Below, one piece after another: positions 18,687 to 27,161 of a DNA stretch of 64,000 nt. Source of the DNA: an uncultured bacterium (GTDB lineage Bacteria; Bacillota_I; Bacilli_A; Erysipelotrichales; Erysipelotrichaceae); NCBI GenBank assembly GCA_903847945.1, contig CAINEY010000021.1:19501-83500 (forward strand), given 5' to 3'. The position numbers were made by a program, and so were the translations under genes. How positions within the stretch are numbered: the stretch's first letter is position 1; each line of letters opens with the position of its first letter. The notes beneath the pieces are model-generated. The model was not told the origin of the DNA and ran no database searches. It saw only the letters and a list, made by a program, of their open reading frames with translations.

Positions 18687-18959
18687 TGGATTCAGAAGAA
18701 CGTCGCGGTATTCGGCTTTTTTAGCGAATTGACCCGCAGCGTACTCACACAACGGGACAACCTTTAAGTTGAAATGACGGGCATATGCAACTGCGAAGGA
18801 AACCAGTTGTCCGGCGACGCCTTGTCCTTGAAGAACGGACGTCACTTCGGTGTGAACCAGCGTCAATACGTTCTCGTGGAGCGTGTACTCCAGCCAGGCT
18901 TGAGGTGTTTTTGGATCGCCGATGGTGAAGTGATGATCACTGACTAGAATGGTGTACAT
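18684..18959 (-). CDS. Small GNAT-like acetyltransferase (single-domain, about 90 aa)
   Basis: HTEVTSVLQGQGVAGQLVSFAVAYARHFNLKVVPLCEYA resembles the short GNAT (Acetyltransf_CG-like) family. Confidence 0.7.
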   Translation of the reverse strand: MYTILVSDHHFTIGDPKTPQAWLEYTLHENVLTLVHTEVTSVLQGQGVAGQLVSFAVAYARHFNLKVVPLCEYAAGQFAKKAEYRDVLLNP

Positions 18960-19102
18960 AGAACCCTCGCTTTCTTTCAGTGTACACGAGGAAACCGTGA
19001 TGAATCAAGATAAGCACCTCATGCGCTGTTTAAAATTAACTTCACTAAAAGATAAATCATAACGAATCATCAAAATCATGAGCATTTGATTTGAGTTCCA
19101 AA

Positions 19103-19120
19103 TATCTTGATATTAAGATA
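19103..19120. promoter_or_regulatory. Palindromic box TATCTT-N6-AAGATA in the FMN-reductase promoter (candidate MarR operator)
   Basis: TATCTTGATATTAAGATA has perfect 6-bp arms and overlaps the plausible -10 region. The same arms and spacing occur at 26251..26268. Confidence 0.5.
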
Positions 19121-19150
19121 AAAAGGCACAATGCACGAGGAGGACAACAC

Positions 19151-19699
19151 ATGTCAACGAAGTTAAAGCTGGGAATTATCTTGGGAAGTACCCGTGAGGG
19201 TCGTGTCAGCCCGCAAGTCGGTCAATGGGTGAAATCGATCGCGGATACGCGCGGCGATGCGGACGTCGAAATCGTCGATATCAAAGACTACAAACTACCG
19301 TTATTGGGAGAATCCGATGATTTGAGCGGCGTTATGGCGTGGAACGCGAAGCTGGCTGAACTCGATGGATTCGTGTTCATCGTTTCGGAGTACAATCGTT
19401 CGATGTCGGCTGCTTTGAAGAATGCTTTTGATTCGGCTCGCGATCCGTGGAACAACAAAGCCGCCGGGATCGTCAGTTACGGATCAGCTGGTGGAGCCCG
19501 GGCAGCGGAACACGTTCGTACGGTCTTGGGTGAGCTTCAAATTGCGGATGTCCGATCCCACACGCTCCTATCGCTGTTTACCGATTTCGACAACGGCGTC
19601 TTCAAACCAGCCGATCTGCATAAGTCCAATGTCAATACGATGTTGGATCAATTAAATGCGTGGGGCACGTCCCTTAAAGCGGTCCGCGCAGCTCAGTAG
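19151..19699 (+). CDS. NADPH-dependent FMN reductase family protein
   Basis: LKLGIILGSTREGRVS..FVFIVSEYNRSMSAALKNAFD. GAGGAGG RBS upstream of ATG 19151. Confidence 0.85.
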   Translation: MSTKLKLGIILGSTREGRVSPQVGQWVKSIADTRGDADVEIVDIKDYKLPLLGESDDLSGVMAWNAKLAELDGFVFIVSEYNRSMSAALKNAFDSARDPWNNKAAGIVSYGSAGGARAAEHVRTVLGELQIADVRSHTLLSLFTDFDNGVFKPADLHKSNVNTMLDQLNAWGTSLKAVRAAQ

Positions 19700-19704
19700 T
19701 GCTT

Positions 19705-19730
19705 TGGAGTGAGTCATCACTCCTTTTTTT
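19705..19730 (+). terminator. Intrinsic terminator
   Basis: GGAGTGA-GTCA-TCACTCC followed by T8. Confidence 0.8.
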
Positions 19731-19801
19731 TGGATAGGCATTGGCTGTGTCGCAGAATGGTCACTATGCTATGATTAATTTAAAGAAGAAGGAGATCTCC
19801 C

Positions 19802-20737
19802 ATGAAAAAATGGATCAAAGTGCTAGGCAGTTTGTTGATCGTTTTAAGTTTACTCAGTGCCTGTACCCCCAAAGTTGAAAAGACACCGGTCACGGTGGCG
19901 ACGATGCTCGATGCGGAAGGCAACATCCTGGGTCAGATAATTATTCTGATGCTTGAGGATGCCGATATACCAACGGTCGATAAGACGAGTTTCGGAACCC
20001 CCGATATTCTGCGGGCTGCTCTAGAGAACGATGAAGTCGACCTGGTGGTGGATTACACTGGTTCCGGTCAATACTATCACCCTGAAGATGCCACGGATCC
20101 GACGATTTGGAATGATCCGGTCAAAGGCTATGAACTGACGGAAAAGCTGGATCGTGAAAAGAAAGACCTCTTGTGGTTAACCCCGGCTCCCGCCAACAAC
20201 ACGGAATCAATTGCCGTTCGCCGTGATTTCGCCGAAGCCAACAATCTGGTCACCATGGCCGATCTGGCTGCCTACATCAATGCCGGAAGTTCGTTCAAAC
20301 TGATTGCAGCTGCCGGCTTTGTCGAGAATCCGATGGGGTTGCTCGGCTATGAAGACGCTTATGGCTTCAAACTCACCAACGATCAACTCGTGGTGCTCTC
20401 CAGTGGTAACACCGCAGAGATGCTGGTGGCTTTATCCGAAGGCACGGATGGAATCAATGCGTCCCTGGTTTATGGAACCGATGGAGCTTTGGATGAACTG
20501 AACCTGGTGGTCTTGGAAGACCCTGAACATGTTCCTCCGGTCTACTTACCGGCTCCGGTTGTGCGTAAGGCCATCTTGGATGAATACCCTGAGATCCGGG
20601 AACTCTTAAAACCTGTCTTTGAATCCTTGACCTTAGAAACCCTTCAAACGCTGAATGCGAAAGTTGCCTATGACGGCTTAAGCGCTTTAGCGGTAGCGAA
20701 AGCTTACCTCATCGATAACGGATACATCGACGAATGA
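19802..20737 (+). CDS. Osmoprotectant (glycine betaine/choline-type) ABC transporter substrate-binding lipoprotein
   Basis: Lipobox LLSAC and OpuAC-like features (VDYTGSGQYY, ENPMGLLGYEDAYGF). Confidence 0.8.
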   Translation: MKKWIKVLGSLLIVLSLLSACTPKVEKTPVTVATMLDAEGNILGQIIILMLEDADIPTVDKTSFGTPDILRAALENDEVDLVVDYTGSGQYYHPEDATDPTIWNDPVKGYELTEKLDREKKDLLWLTPAPANNTESIAVRRDFAEANNLVTMADLAAYINAGSSFKLIAAAGFVENPMGLLGYEDAYGFKLTNDQLVVLSSGNTAEMLVALSEGTDGINASLVYGTDGALDELNLVVLEDPEHVPPVYLPAPVVRKAILDEYPEIRELLKPVFESLTLETLQTLNAKVAYDGLSALAVAKAYLIDNGYIDE

Positions 20738-21879
20738 CTTCAGGACGGCTCCGCTTAAGACTGGCGGGCCTGGTTCTGTTGGGTTCCAGTTTCGGTTTAC
20801 CGGTCGGCGACTTTAAAATCAACCGCATCATGCGACCCATCCCGGTTCCGCTCAGTGATCTGATCGGAACTTTTGGGGTGATTTTAGTCGTGTTTATCGG
20901 TGGAGTTGCGTTGTGGACTTTAGCGAAATCGATGTCTTCGTTCATCAAACGGTGGATCGTGTGGGGTTTAGCGCTGGTCCCCGGAGTCCTGATTTTCGGA
21001 TTATCGACGTTTATTCCGGCAGGTGTGGAGTTCAACCCGGAAGCCGCTCGGATGGCGCTGGGAGCCGGCACTGCCGGAATCTATCTTGCGGTGCTGTTGG
21101 CCATCACCAGTCAGCCGTCATCGCGATGGCTGATCGTCGTATCGATTGGTTTGCCGATTGGACTTGCGGTCCTGGGGCAGATCCCGATGATTGGGATCGT
21201 CAAAGAGTATCAAAACTACAAATCCACGTTCAATGCGGAGTTCATCCGGCATTTGACCTTGGCGCTCAGTTCCGGGGTGATTGCGATCTTACCTGGAATC
21301 TTGATGGGTTACTGGGCTTACAAGTACCCCAAATCCTCCGAAGGTATCCTGAGTGTCGTCAATCTGTTTCAAGTGGCTCCGACACTATCGTTATTAGGTC
21401 TCATCATGATTCCATTGTCTCTTTTAAGTAAGCAATTCCCGTTTTTAAAGAGCTTAGGGATCAGTGGGATCGGGTTTGCGCCGGCTTTTATTGTGTTGAC
21501 CCTCTATGCGTTGATGCCGATCGTGGCCAATGCCTACGCTGCCTTCAAACAGTTGGATCCGGCGGTACTTGAATCCGCGAAAGGCATGGGCTTGACCTCG
21601 CGTCAAATCTTGCGTCAAGTGTCCTTACCGTTGGCGAGTCCCATCATACTCTCCGGGATCCGTACCGCCTTCACCCAAAACATCGGCAATGCGATCCTGG
21701 CGGGACTGGTGGGCGGAGGAGGCTTTGGGGCCATCATCTTCCTGGGTCTGTCTCAATCCGCTTCGGATTTGGTGTTGCTGGGGACTTTGCCGGTGGTGAT
21801 CATGGCGCTGATCACCGAATCCTTATTTGAACGGATTCAAGCTCGTTTGGAGCGTCAATTGCGAGGTGCCCATGATTAA
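20734..21879 (+). CDS. ABC transporter permease with an N-terminal extension of about 170 aa and extra TM helices
   Basis: The C-terminal half has the BPD-type EAA region (ESAKGMGLTSRQILRQVSLPLA). ATGA overlap with the SBP gene. Confidence 0.8.
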   Translation: MTSGRLRLRLAGLVLLGSSFGLPVGDFKINRIMRPIPVPLSDLIGTFGVILVVFIGGVALWTLAKSMSSFIKRWIVWGLALVPGVLIFGLSTFIPAGVEFNPEAARMALGAGTAGIYLAVLLAITSQPSSRWLIVVSIGLPIGLAVLGQIPMIGIVKEYQNYKSTFNAEFIRHLTLALSSGVIAILPGILMGYWAYKYPKSSEGILSVVNLFQVAPTLSLLGLIMIPLSLLSKQFPFLKSLGISGIGFAPAFIVLTLYALMPIVANAYAAFKQLDPAVLESAKGMGLTSRQILRQVSLPLASPIILSGIRTAFTQNIGNAILAGLVGGGGFGAIIFLGLSQSASDLVLLGTLPVVIMALITESLFERIQARLERQLRGAHD

Positions 21880-22813
21880 GCTATCCCACATGACCAAAAC
21901 TTATGGAGCGATTACGGCCCTCGATGATTTATCCTTGGAAGTTCGTAACGGGGAATGTTTGGTGTTGATCGGGCCTTCCGGATGCGGAAAGTCTACGCTC
22001 CTCAAAACCATCAATCGACTCGTCGAACCCGATGCTGGAGAGATCACCATCCATCAAAAACCCATCCATGACTACGCTCCGGAAGTCTTGCGTCGACAAA
22101 TCGGCTACTGCATCCAAGGTGTGGGACTCTTTCCACATCTGAGTGTCAGCGACAACATCGCCGTCGTTCCACGATTACTGAAATGGGATGAACCCAAGAT
22201 TCAAGCCCGTATCGACGAATTGCTTACCCTGACCGGCTTGCCTTTATCGTATAAAACCAAGCGTCCGCATCAGCTCTCCGGCGGGGAAGCCCAACGGGTC
22301 GGGGTTTGTCGCGCGTTAGCGGCTGATCCGGAAGTGCTCTTGATGGATGAACCGTTTGGTGCGGTAGATCCCATGACCCGCGAACAGATCCAGTTGGCCT
22401 TCCGTGAACTTCAACGCCGACTCAAGAAAACGGTGTTGTTTGTGACCCACGACTTGGAAGAAGCCATCCTGTTGGGGGATCGCATAGCGCTGATGCATCG
22501 CGGGAAGATCCTGGAACTCTCGACCCCGGAAAGTCTGGGTCAAAGCACTCCCAATGAAACGGTCAACCAGTTCATCGGTGCCGATTATGCCTTGCGGATC
22601 CTGCGTCGCTCAACACTCGAAGATTTGAAACTGACGGCGGTTCAACCTCAAACAGAAGATCGACGTCTCGAATCGACCAGTTCGCTCAAAGAAGCCTTAG
22701 CAGTCCTCTTGGAAAGCGGAAATCAACGGGTAATCACCGTGATAGATCACCAAGCCTATCGTGTCGATGTGGGCGATATCATGGCGCATCTTCAAGCGGT
22801 AAGGTATGGCTAA
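21872..22813 (+). CDS. ABC transporter ATP-binding protein (Opu type, C-terminal CBS-like tail)
   Basis: Walker A GPSGCGKST, signature LSGGEAQRV, Walker B LLMDEPF. Confidence 0.9.
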   Translation: MIKLSHMTKTYGAITALDDLSLEVRNGECLVLIGPSGCGKSTLLKTINRLVEPDAGEITIHQKPIHDYAPEVLRRQIGYCIQGVGLFPHLSVSDNIAVVPRLLKWDEPKIQARIDELLTLTGLPLSYKTKRPHQLSGGEAQRVGVCRALAADPEVLLMDEPFGAVDPMTREQIQLAFRELQRRLKKTVLFVTHDLEEAILLGDRIALMHRGKILELSTPESLGQSTPNETVNQFIGADYALRILRRSTLEDLKLTAVQPQTEDRRLESTSSLKEALAVLLESGNQRVITVIDHQAYRVDVGDIMAHLQAVRYG

Positions 22814-23537
22814 ATATATTAAAACGTGGGGATTGACCCTGATCTATGGATTGAGCTTAGTGTGGTGGTTAGCGGATACATCACGCATCAAAGCTCAACT
22901 GGTGGAATGGTTTGGGATCGGAAGTCCACTGATCGAACGTACCCCTTTATCGACCTTGGTGTGGCAACACATCACCCTCGTCAGCATCGCAACGCTAGCG
23001 GCTATTCTGGTAGGCATCGGCTTAGGGTTAGCAGTTCGTTTGAGCCGCTCTGAAGAACTCGAATCCTTGGTCATTCGGTTTGGGGCATTAGGCGAAACCA
23101 TTCCCAGTGCGGCGGTGATTGCGCTATCAGTCCCCTTACTCGGGTATGGGAATGAACCGATCTTATTGGCGCTTTTCCTCTATGCGATCTTACCGATCGT
23201 ACGAAATACGTTAAGCGGGCTCAACAGTGTCGCACCGGACATCACCGAAGCCGCCAAAGGCATGGGTTTCACGGAAATCCAGCAAGTCTTCAAGGTCGAG
23301 TTTCCTTTGGCCTTTCCAACGCTGATTGCCGGGATCCGCACGGCTTTGGTCATCAACATCTCCGCAGCCACACTAGGGGCAACGGTTGGTGCCGGAGGTT
23401 TAGGTGTTCCCATCATTGCGGGAATCCGAACCAGTGATCCGGTGTTGGTCCTGATTGGATCGGTTCCGGTTATTTTGATGGCTTTAGTGGCCGATCGAGT
23501 CTTACGTTCAATAACCCCTCAAAGGAGCATCCCATGA
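22806..23537 (+). CDS. ABC transporter permease
   Basis: EAAKGMGFTEIQQVFKVEFPLA. The gene overlaps its neighbours on both sides. Confidence 0.85.
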   Translation: MAKYIKTWGLTLIYGLSLVWWLADTSRIKAQLVEWFGIGSPLIERTPLSTLVWQHITLVSIATLAAILVGIGLGLAVRLSRSEELESLVIRFGALGETIPSAAVIALSVPLLGYGNEPILLALFLYAILPIVRNTLSGLNSVAPDITEAAKGMGFTEIQQVFKVEFPLAFPTLIAGIRTALVINISAATLGATVGAGGLGVPIIAGIRTSDPVLVLIGSVPVILMALVADRVLRSITPQRSIP

Positions 23538-24217
23538 AGAAATGGTTAAAACGAATCAGTATAGGATTACTGGTGGTGATTCTATTGGGTGGTGTCGGGA
23601 TCGTCTGGTACCTCAGTGATACCGAGAAACCCACAATGCAAGCCCAAGCAGCCTATGATACCGCGACCATGCAGAGCGACTCGATCGCTGCCTTCTTGAC
23701 GGAAGGAACCGTCGGCGTGATCTTTTATCCGGGCGGGAAGGTGGAAGCTCCGGCTTATGCGCGATTGATGAAGGACCTTCAAGCCAACGGAATCAATGCC
23801 TTTTTAGTCAGTATGCCGGTGAACTTGGCGGTGTTTGATGCGGATAAAGCACAGGATGTCATCAAACTCAATCCGCAGATCGATACGTGGATCTTGGTGG
23901 GACACTCGTTGGGTGGAGCCATGGCCTTTGACGAGTTCTCAAAACACCCAACGACGTATGCCGGATTGGTGCTCTTGGCGGCATATCCCTTATCGGAAAC
24001 TGATCGCGATGTCTTAATTATCGGAGCGACCAACGACCAGGTCTTGGATCGTGAGAAGCTCGATGGTTTTGACGTCACCTGGATTGAAGGTGGAAATCAC
24101 GCCCAGTTTGGGGATTACGGTGATCAAGCCGGAGATGGTGTGGCGACCATCACCGAAGCCCAACAGCGTCAGCAAGTAATCGCCCTGATTCTGAATTACC
24201 TCGATCAACTCAACTAA
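23534..24217 (+). CDS. Membrane-anchored alpha/beta hydrolase
   Basis: N-terminal TM helix and nucleophile elbow GHSLGG. ATGA overlap with the last permease gene. Confidence 0.7.
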   Translation: MKKWLKRISIGLLVVILLGGVGIVWYLSDTEKPTMQAQAAYDTATMQSDSIAAFLTEGTVGVIFYPGGKVEAPAYARLMKDLQANGINAFLVSMPVNLAVFDADKAQDVIKLNPQIDTWILVGHSLGGAMAFDEFSKHPTTYAGLVLLAAYPLSETDRDVLIIGATNDQVLDREKLDGFDVTWIEGGNHAQFGDYGDQAGDGVATITEAQQRQQVIALILNYLDQLN

Positions 24218-24221
24218 AAGA

Positions 24222-24250
24222 AAATGTTCCTTGCGGAACGTTTATTTTTT
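24222..24250. terminator. Bidirectional terminator
   Basis: AAATGTTCC-TTGC-GGAACGTTT with flanking A/T runs, between convergent genes. Confidence 0.6.
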
Positions 24251-24811
24251 ACCGAAGAAACCACCTAAGAGCTTGGAGACATCATCCATGACATCCCCAT
24301 CCTTGTCGCTGTCCAAGAGGGAGGTGACCATCCCCATCATGTCGCTGTTACCTAAGAGTCCGCCCAGCAACATCCCCAACCCATCCACGGAGACGCCTTG
24401 TTGGGCTTTTTGTTGCCCCAACATCCCCAGGAGTACCGGAGCCAGTTGCGACAACACCCCACTCACCTGATTGGGTTGTAAACCGGTTTGAGCGCTGAGT
24501 TTTCGTTCAACCCCGCTGCTTTTGGATCCCAACACATGACCCAAGATTTTCGCCCCGTCCTGAGTATCCACGTTCTTAAGGTAGGCGGAGATGTTGGAGA
24601 CGGGATCATCCTTGTGATCGTCCAACGCTTTGGCTAAAGACTTGGCTCCCTGAGGTGTTGAGGCATTCTGATTCATGGCTTGAATCAAAGTGGGTAAACC
24701 CAATTGGATCAGTTGTTTGACTTGATTGGGATCCGCAGCCACCTGCTTACCCATGGTTTTCACCACACTGCTTTTGGTGAGTTGAGACAGTAAATCATTC
24801 AGTTGTGTCAT
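24242..24811 (-). CDS. DUF937-like protein
   Basis: MTQLNDLLSQL.. and a Gly/Leu-rich tail with DSDKDGDVMDDVSKLLGGFFG. CAGGAGG RBS before ATG 24811. Confidence 0.65.
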   Translation of the reverse strand: MTQLNDLLSQLTKSSVVKTMGKQVAADPNQVKQLIQLGLPTLIQAMNQNASTPQGAKSLAKALDDHKDDPVSNISAYLKNVDTQDGAKILGHVLGSKSSGVERKLSAQTGLQPNQVSGVLSQLAPVLLGMLGQQKAQQGVSVDGLGMLLGGLLGNSDMMGMVTSLLDSDKDGDVMDDVSKLLGGFFGKK

Positions 24812-24823
24812 AGGTCCTCCTGA

Positions 24824-24850
24824 CAAACAAAAACCGGCCATAGGCCGGTT
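24824..24850 (-). terminator. Intrinsic terminator of the MarR-dioxygenase operon
   Basis: AACCGGCC-TAT-GGCCGGTT followed by TTTTTG on the minus strand. Confidence 0.7.
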
Positions 24851-24931
24851 ACGCTACGAGCTCTCCGCGGGACAAGCGTCCAAATGCATCCTGACGGGTC
24901 ATCACTTCCGTTTTCATTATGCCCCAAATCA

Positions 24932-25792
24932 TCAAGCGACGACGCGAATGCGATTCCCGGAAGGATCCGTACTCCAGATTTCCGAGGTAGACTCCTCGAC
25001 CGGAGCGTTCAAGGAACGTAAACGTTGGGCGATCGTAGCCAACGTCAATTCGCTGGGCAAGGTGATTTCCGCATAAGACAAGCCGGCACTGGTAGCCGGT
25101 TCCGGACGGGCTCCCACCCCATTCCACACGTTAGCGGCGAGGTGATGGTGGTACTGACCGTAACTCATGAAGATCGCCGAACCCGGAAGGTTGATCACCA
25201 CGTCCATGCCTAAGCCCTCGGTGTAAAAGCGACTCATCGGTTCAAGCTGGGACGCGTGGAGGTGAAGATGGCCCAAGACCGTTCCGGAAGGTAAGCCCGT
25301 AAAGGGCTGCGGTTTGGCTTCAGTGACTACCGCATCGACATCCATCGGTCCATTCCCGGAAAGGATATCGAGTTGTCCCTTGACCCAGGGCCAGTCGGAC
25401 GGATTCGTATCGGCAGCCAGCTCGATGCCGTTCCCATCGGGATCGGCCAAGTAGATGGCTTCAGAAATCATGTGGTCGGAAGCGCCTTGAAGGGGAACCT
25501 TGCGTTGAACCAGATGAATCAAGAGCTGACCCAGATCAGCTCGGGAAGGAACCAGAATGGCCACGTGGTAGAGTCCGGCTGTTCGGGGGGGTTTACGGGT
25601 TCCGTTGTGAAGTTGACGAAGAGTGAGAATCGGAAAACCATCGGCGGTACCTAAACGAACCGAATCGTCGGAACGCTCAAGTACAGTGAACCCGAGCTTA
25701 TCGGTGTAGAAGGGAATCGAAACGGTCAGATCCAGCACTTTGAGTTCAACGTGACGGACATGACCGATGGGAGATTGGTGATAGTGAGACAT
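24932..25792 (-). CDS. Two-domain VOC/glyoxalase-family extradiol ring-cleaving dioxygenase-like protein (CatE/MhqA-like)
   Basis: GHVRHVELKVLDL..FYTDKLGF; SDHMISEAIYLADPDGNGIE; a second VOC repeat LGHLHLH. Confidence 0.8.
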   Translation of the reverse strand: MSHYHQSPIGHVRHVELKVLDLTVSIPFYTDKLGFTVLERSDDSVRLGTADGFPILTLRQLHNGTRKPPRTAGLYHVAILVPSRADLGQLLIHLVQRKVPLQGASDHMISEAIYLADPDGNGIELAADTNPSDWPWVKGQLDILSGNGPMDVDAVVTEAKPQPFTGLPSGTVLGHLHLHASQLEPMSRFYTEGLGMDVVINLPGSAIFMSYGQYHHHLAANVWNGVGARPEPATSAGLSYAEITLPSELTLATIAQRLRSLNAPVEESTSEIWSTDPSGNRIRVVA

Positions 25793-25794
25793 GA

Positions 25795-26238
25795 CTACTC
25801 CTGTTCTAGGCCGATCTTTTGGGTGATCGACAACCCGAAATGCTTGATCTGATCGATGAAGGCTTGTTTCTCATCCTCTGAGAAATTTTCAAACAACCAG
25901 TTCAGGTACGTGAGGTGTTGGGTTTGAACGGTCTTGAAGGCGGCTTTGCCGGCTTGGGTCAGTTCGACCCAGGTCACCCGCTTATCTTCCGCACAGGGGA
26001 CTTTATGGACATAGCCTTTCTCCACCAGTTGATTGACAGCGTGGGTGACGGAACCGCTCGTTAGGAGCGCAACGCGGCACAAGGCTTGGGTTTTGGCCAT
26101 CCCGACGTGATCCAAATGATCGAGGATGCTGTAGTGACTGACGGAAAGACCCAACTCTTCCAGATTCTTTCCCAGGGTGATCATGAAGGTGTGAGCTAAG
26201 CGGGTATGCGCAACCATCAGTTTGGTGTTGAGATCCAT
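25795..26238 (-). CDS. MarR family transcriptional regulator
   Basis: Winged-HTH LSVSHYSILDHL..GMAKTQALCRVALLTSGSVTHAVNQLVEKGYV. I prefer ATG 26238 because of its GGAGGA RBS. Confidence 0.85.
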   Translation of the reverse strand: MDLNTKLMVAHTRLAHTFMITLGKNLEELGLSVSHYSILDHLDHVGMAKTQALCRVALLTSGSVTHAVNQLVEKGYVHKVPCAEDKRVTWVELTQAGKAAFKTVQTQHLTYLNWLFENFSEDEKQAFIDQIKHFGLSITQKIGLEQE

Positions 26239-26250
26239 ACGATCCTCCAA

Positions 26251-26268
26251 TATCTTTATATCAAGATA
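26251..26268. promoter_or_regulatory. Palindromic box TATCTT-N6-AAGATA directly upstream of the marR RBS (candidate autoregulatory operator)
   Basis: TATCTTTATATCAAGATA has perfect 6-bp arms, overlaps a TATTAT -10 candidate on the minus strand, and shares arms and spacing with 19103..19120. Confidence 0.5.
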
Positions 26269-26319
26269 ATATACCCTGAGTTCTTAGAATACAAGCCAAA
26301 CAATCATAAAAAAACCTTC

Positions 26320-26595
26320 CTAATGGAAGGTGTTGGCGTTGCGTTCGACGTATTCCGCATCGATGACGTTCTTGTCGTAGGTTTGACGCGGGGTTTTCTG
26401 ATACGCATTGGGATCAAATCCGCGAAACTGCCGGTTCAAATTTGATCGACGGAATGTGACGGTTCGAAAGAGCGGCCGGATAATGAAGGCCACGATCAGG
26501 ATCACATACAACAGCATCCCGACCCCCGGATTCCACCGGTAGATGAGATTCAACACGACATTCGCAGCCAGAAGGGAGAGGAAATAGAGAATCAT
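26320..26595 (-). CDS. Small 2-TM membrane protein with a charged tail, function unknown
   Basis: AAGGAG RBS. The N-terminal half is hydrophobic and the tail ..DKNVIDAEYVERN is basic/acidic. Confidence 0.5.
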   Translation of the reverse strand: MILYFLSLLAANVVLNLIYRWNPGVGMLLYVILIVAFIIRPLFRTVTFRRSNLNRQFRGFDPNAYQKTPRQTYDKNVIDAEYVERNANTFH

Positions 26596-26602
26596 AGACT
26601 CC

Positions 26603-27016
26603 TTAGGATCGCTTTGAGAAGCGCTTGGCGCAGTGCGGGCAAGTAATTTCTACTTGACCTCTACCACGCGGAATACGCACGATCTGTCCGCAATGCGGAC
26701 AGGTGTAATGCGCATGGGTCTTCGAGGTGAGATTCAACCGAAGGACTTTAAAGGCTTTACGCAGGGGACGAAAGAGCCCCAGAAACGTCCGATTCTCGAT
26801 TTGACGTTTGACAATGCGCCGGGAGAAGAACCGGTAGAGTCCCCATCCCATCAACAGAGTAGCAACCAGGTTGACGATCGTTTGACCATCTCGCCCAAAG
26901 AGCGGTGAGAAAAGGTTGAGGATCAGGGCACTGATCATCAGTGTCCAGTTGAGTTGATCGTTCCCGTAACGGCCAACCATGAAACGATAGAGGGAAGCTT
27001 GAAAGCGATTGAACAT
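26603..27016 (-). CDS. Membrane protein with a C-terminal zinc ribbon, function unknown
   Basis: Two TM helices followed by CPHCGQ..(15 aa)..CPHCAKRF. Confidence 0.55.
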   Translation of the reverse strand: MFNRFQASLYRFMVGRYGNDQLNWTLMISALILNLFSPLFGRDGQTIVNLVATLLMGWGLYRFFSRRIVKRQIENRTFLGLFRPLRKAFKVLRLNLTSKTHAHYTCPHCGQIVRIPRGRGQVEITCPHCAKRFSKRS

Positions 27017-27161
27017 GGGTTAACCTGACCTTTGCGGTACAGGACTCATTGTAGCGCAGAATTGTGTCAGAACCAACAGAAAAACATCGAGAATTGTGGG
27101 TGAACTCAATCCGTGTGAACACCGAATGTCGAAGCGTGGTCATTTGCGCTACAATGGGTTT

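Noticed and set aside
19007-19054. Extra AAGATA half-sites at 19007..19012 and 19049..19054 might be additional MarR-type operators.
   Set aside because: Neither has a TATCTT partner at the 6-bp spacing. An AT-rich hexamer is expected by chance in an AT-rich intergenic region.
19000-19062. A possible 20-codon small ORF (MNQDKHLMRCLKLTSLKDKS) with a GAGGAAA SD-like sequence lies in the long region upstream of the FMN reductase.
   Set aside because: It is too short to evaluate from sequence alone and I see no conservation or coding signal. It could be tested by ribosome profiling.
20913-21431. A 172-aa alternative-frame ORF lies inside the first ABC permease gene.
   Set aside because: It is off-frame within a well-supported permease, has no RBS, and its Arg/Ser/Asp-rich composition is typical of shadow ORFs.
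24849-25127. A 92-aa minus-strand ORF spans the end of the dioxygenase gene and the terminator.
   Set aside because: It is off-frame relative to the well-supported VOC dioxygenase gene. It runs through the terminator hairpin and has no RBS.
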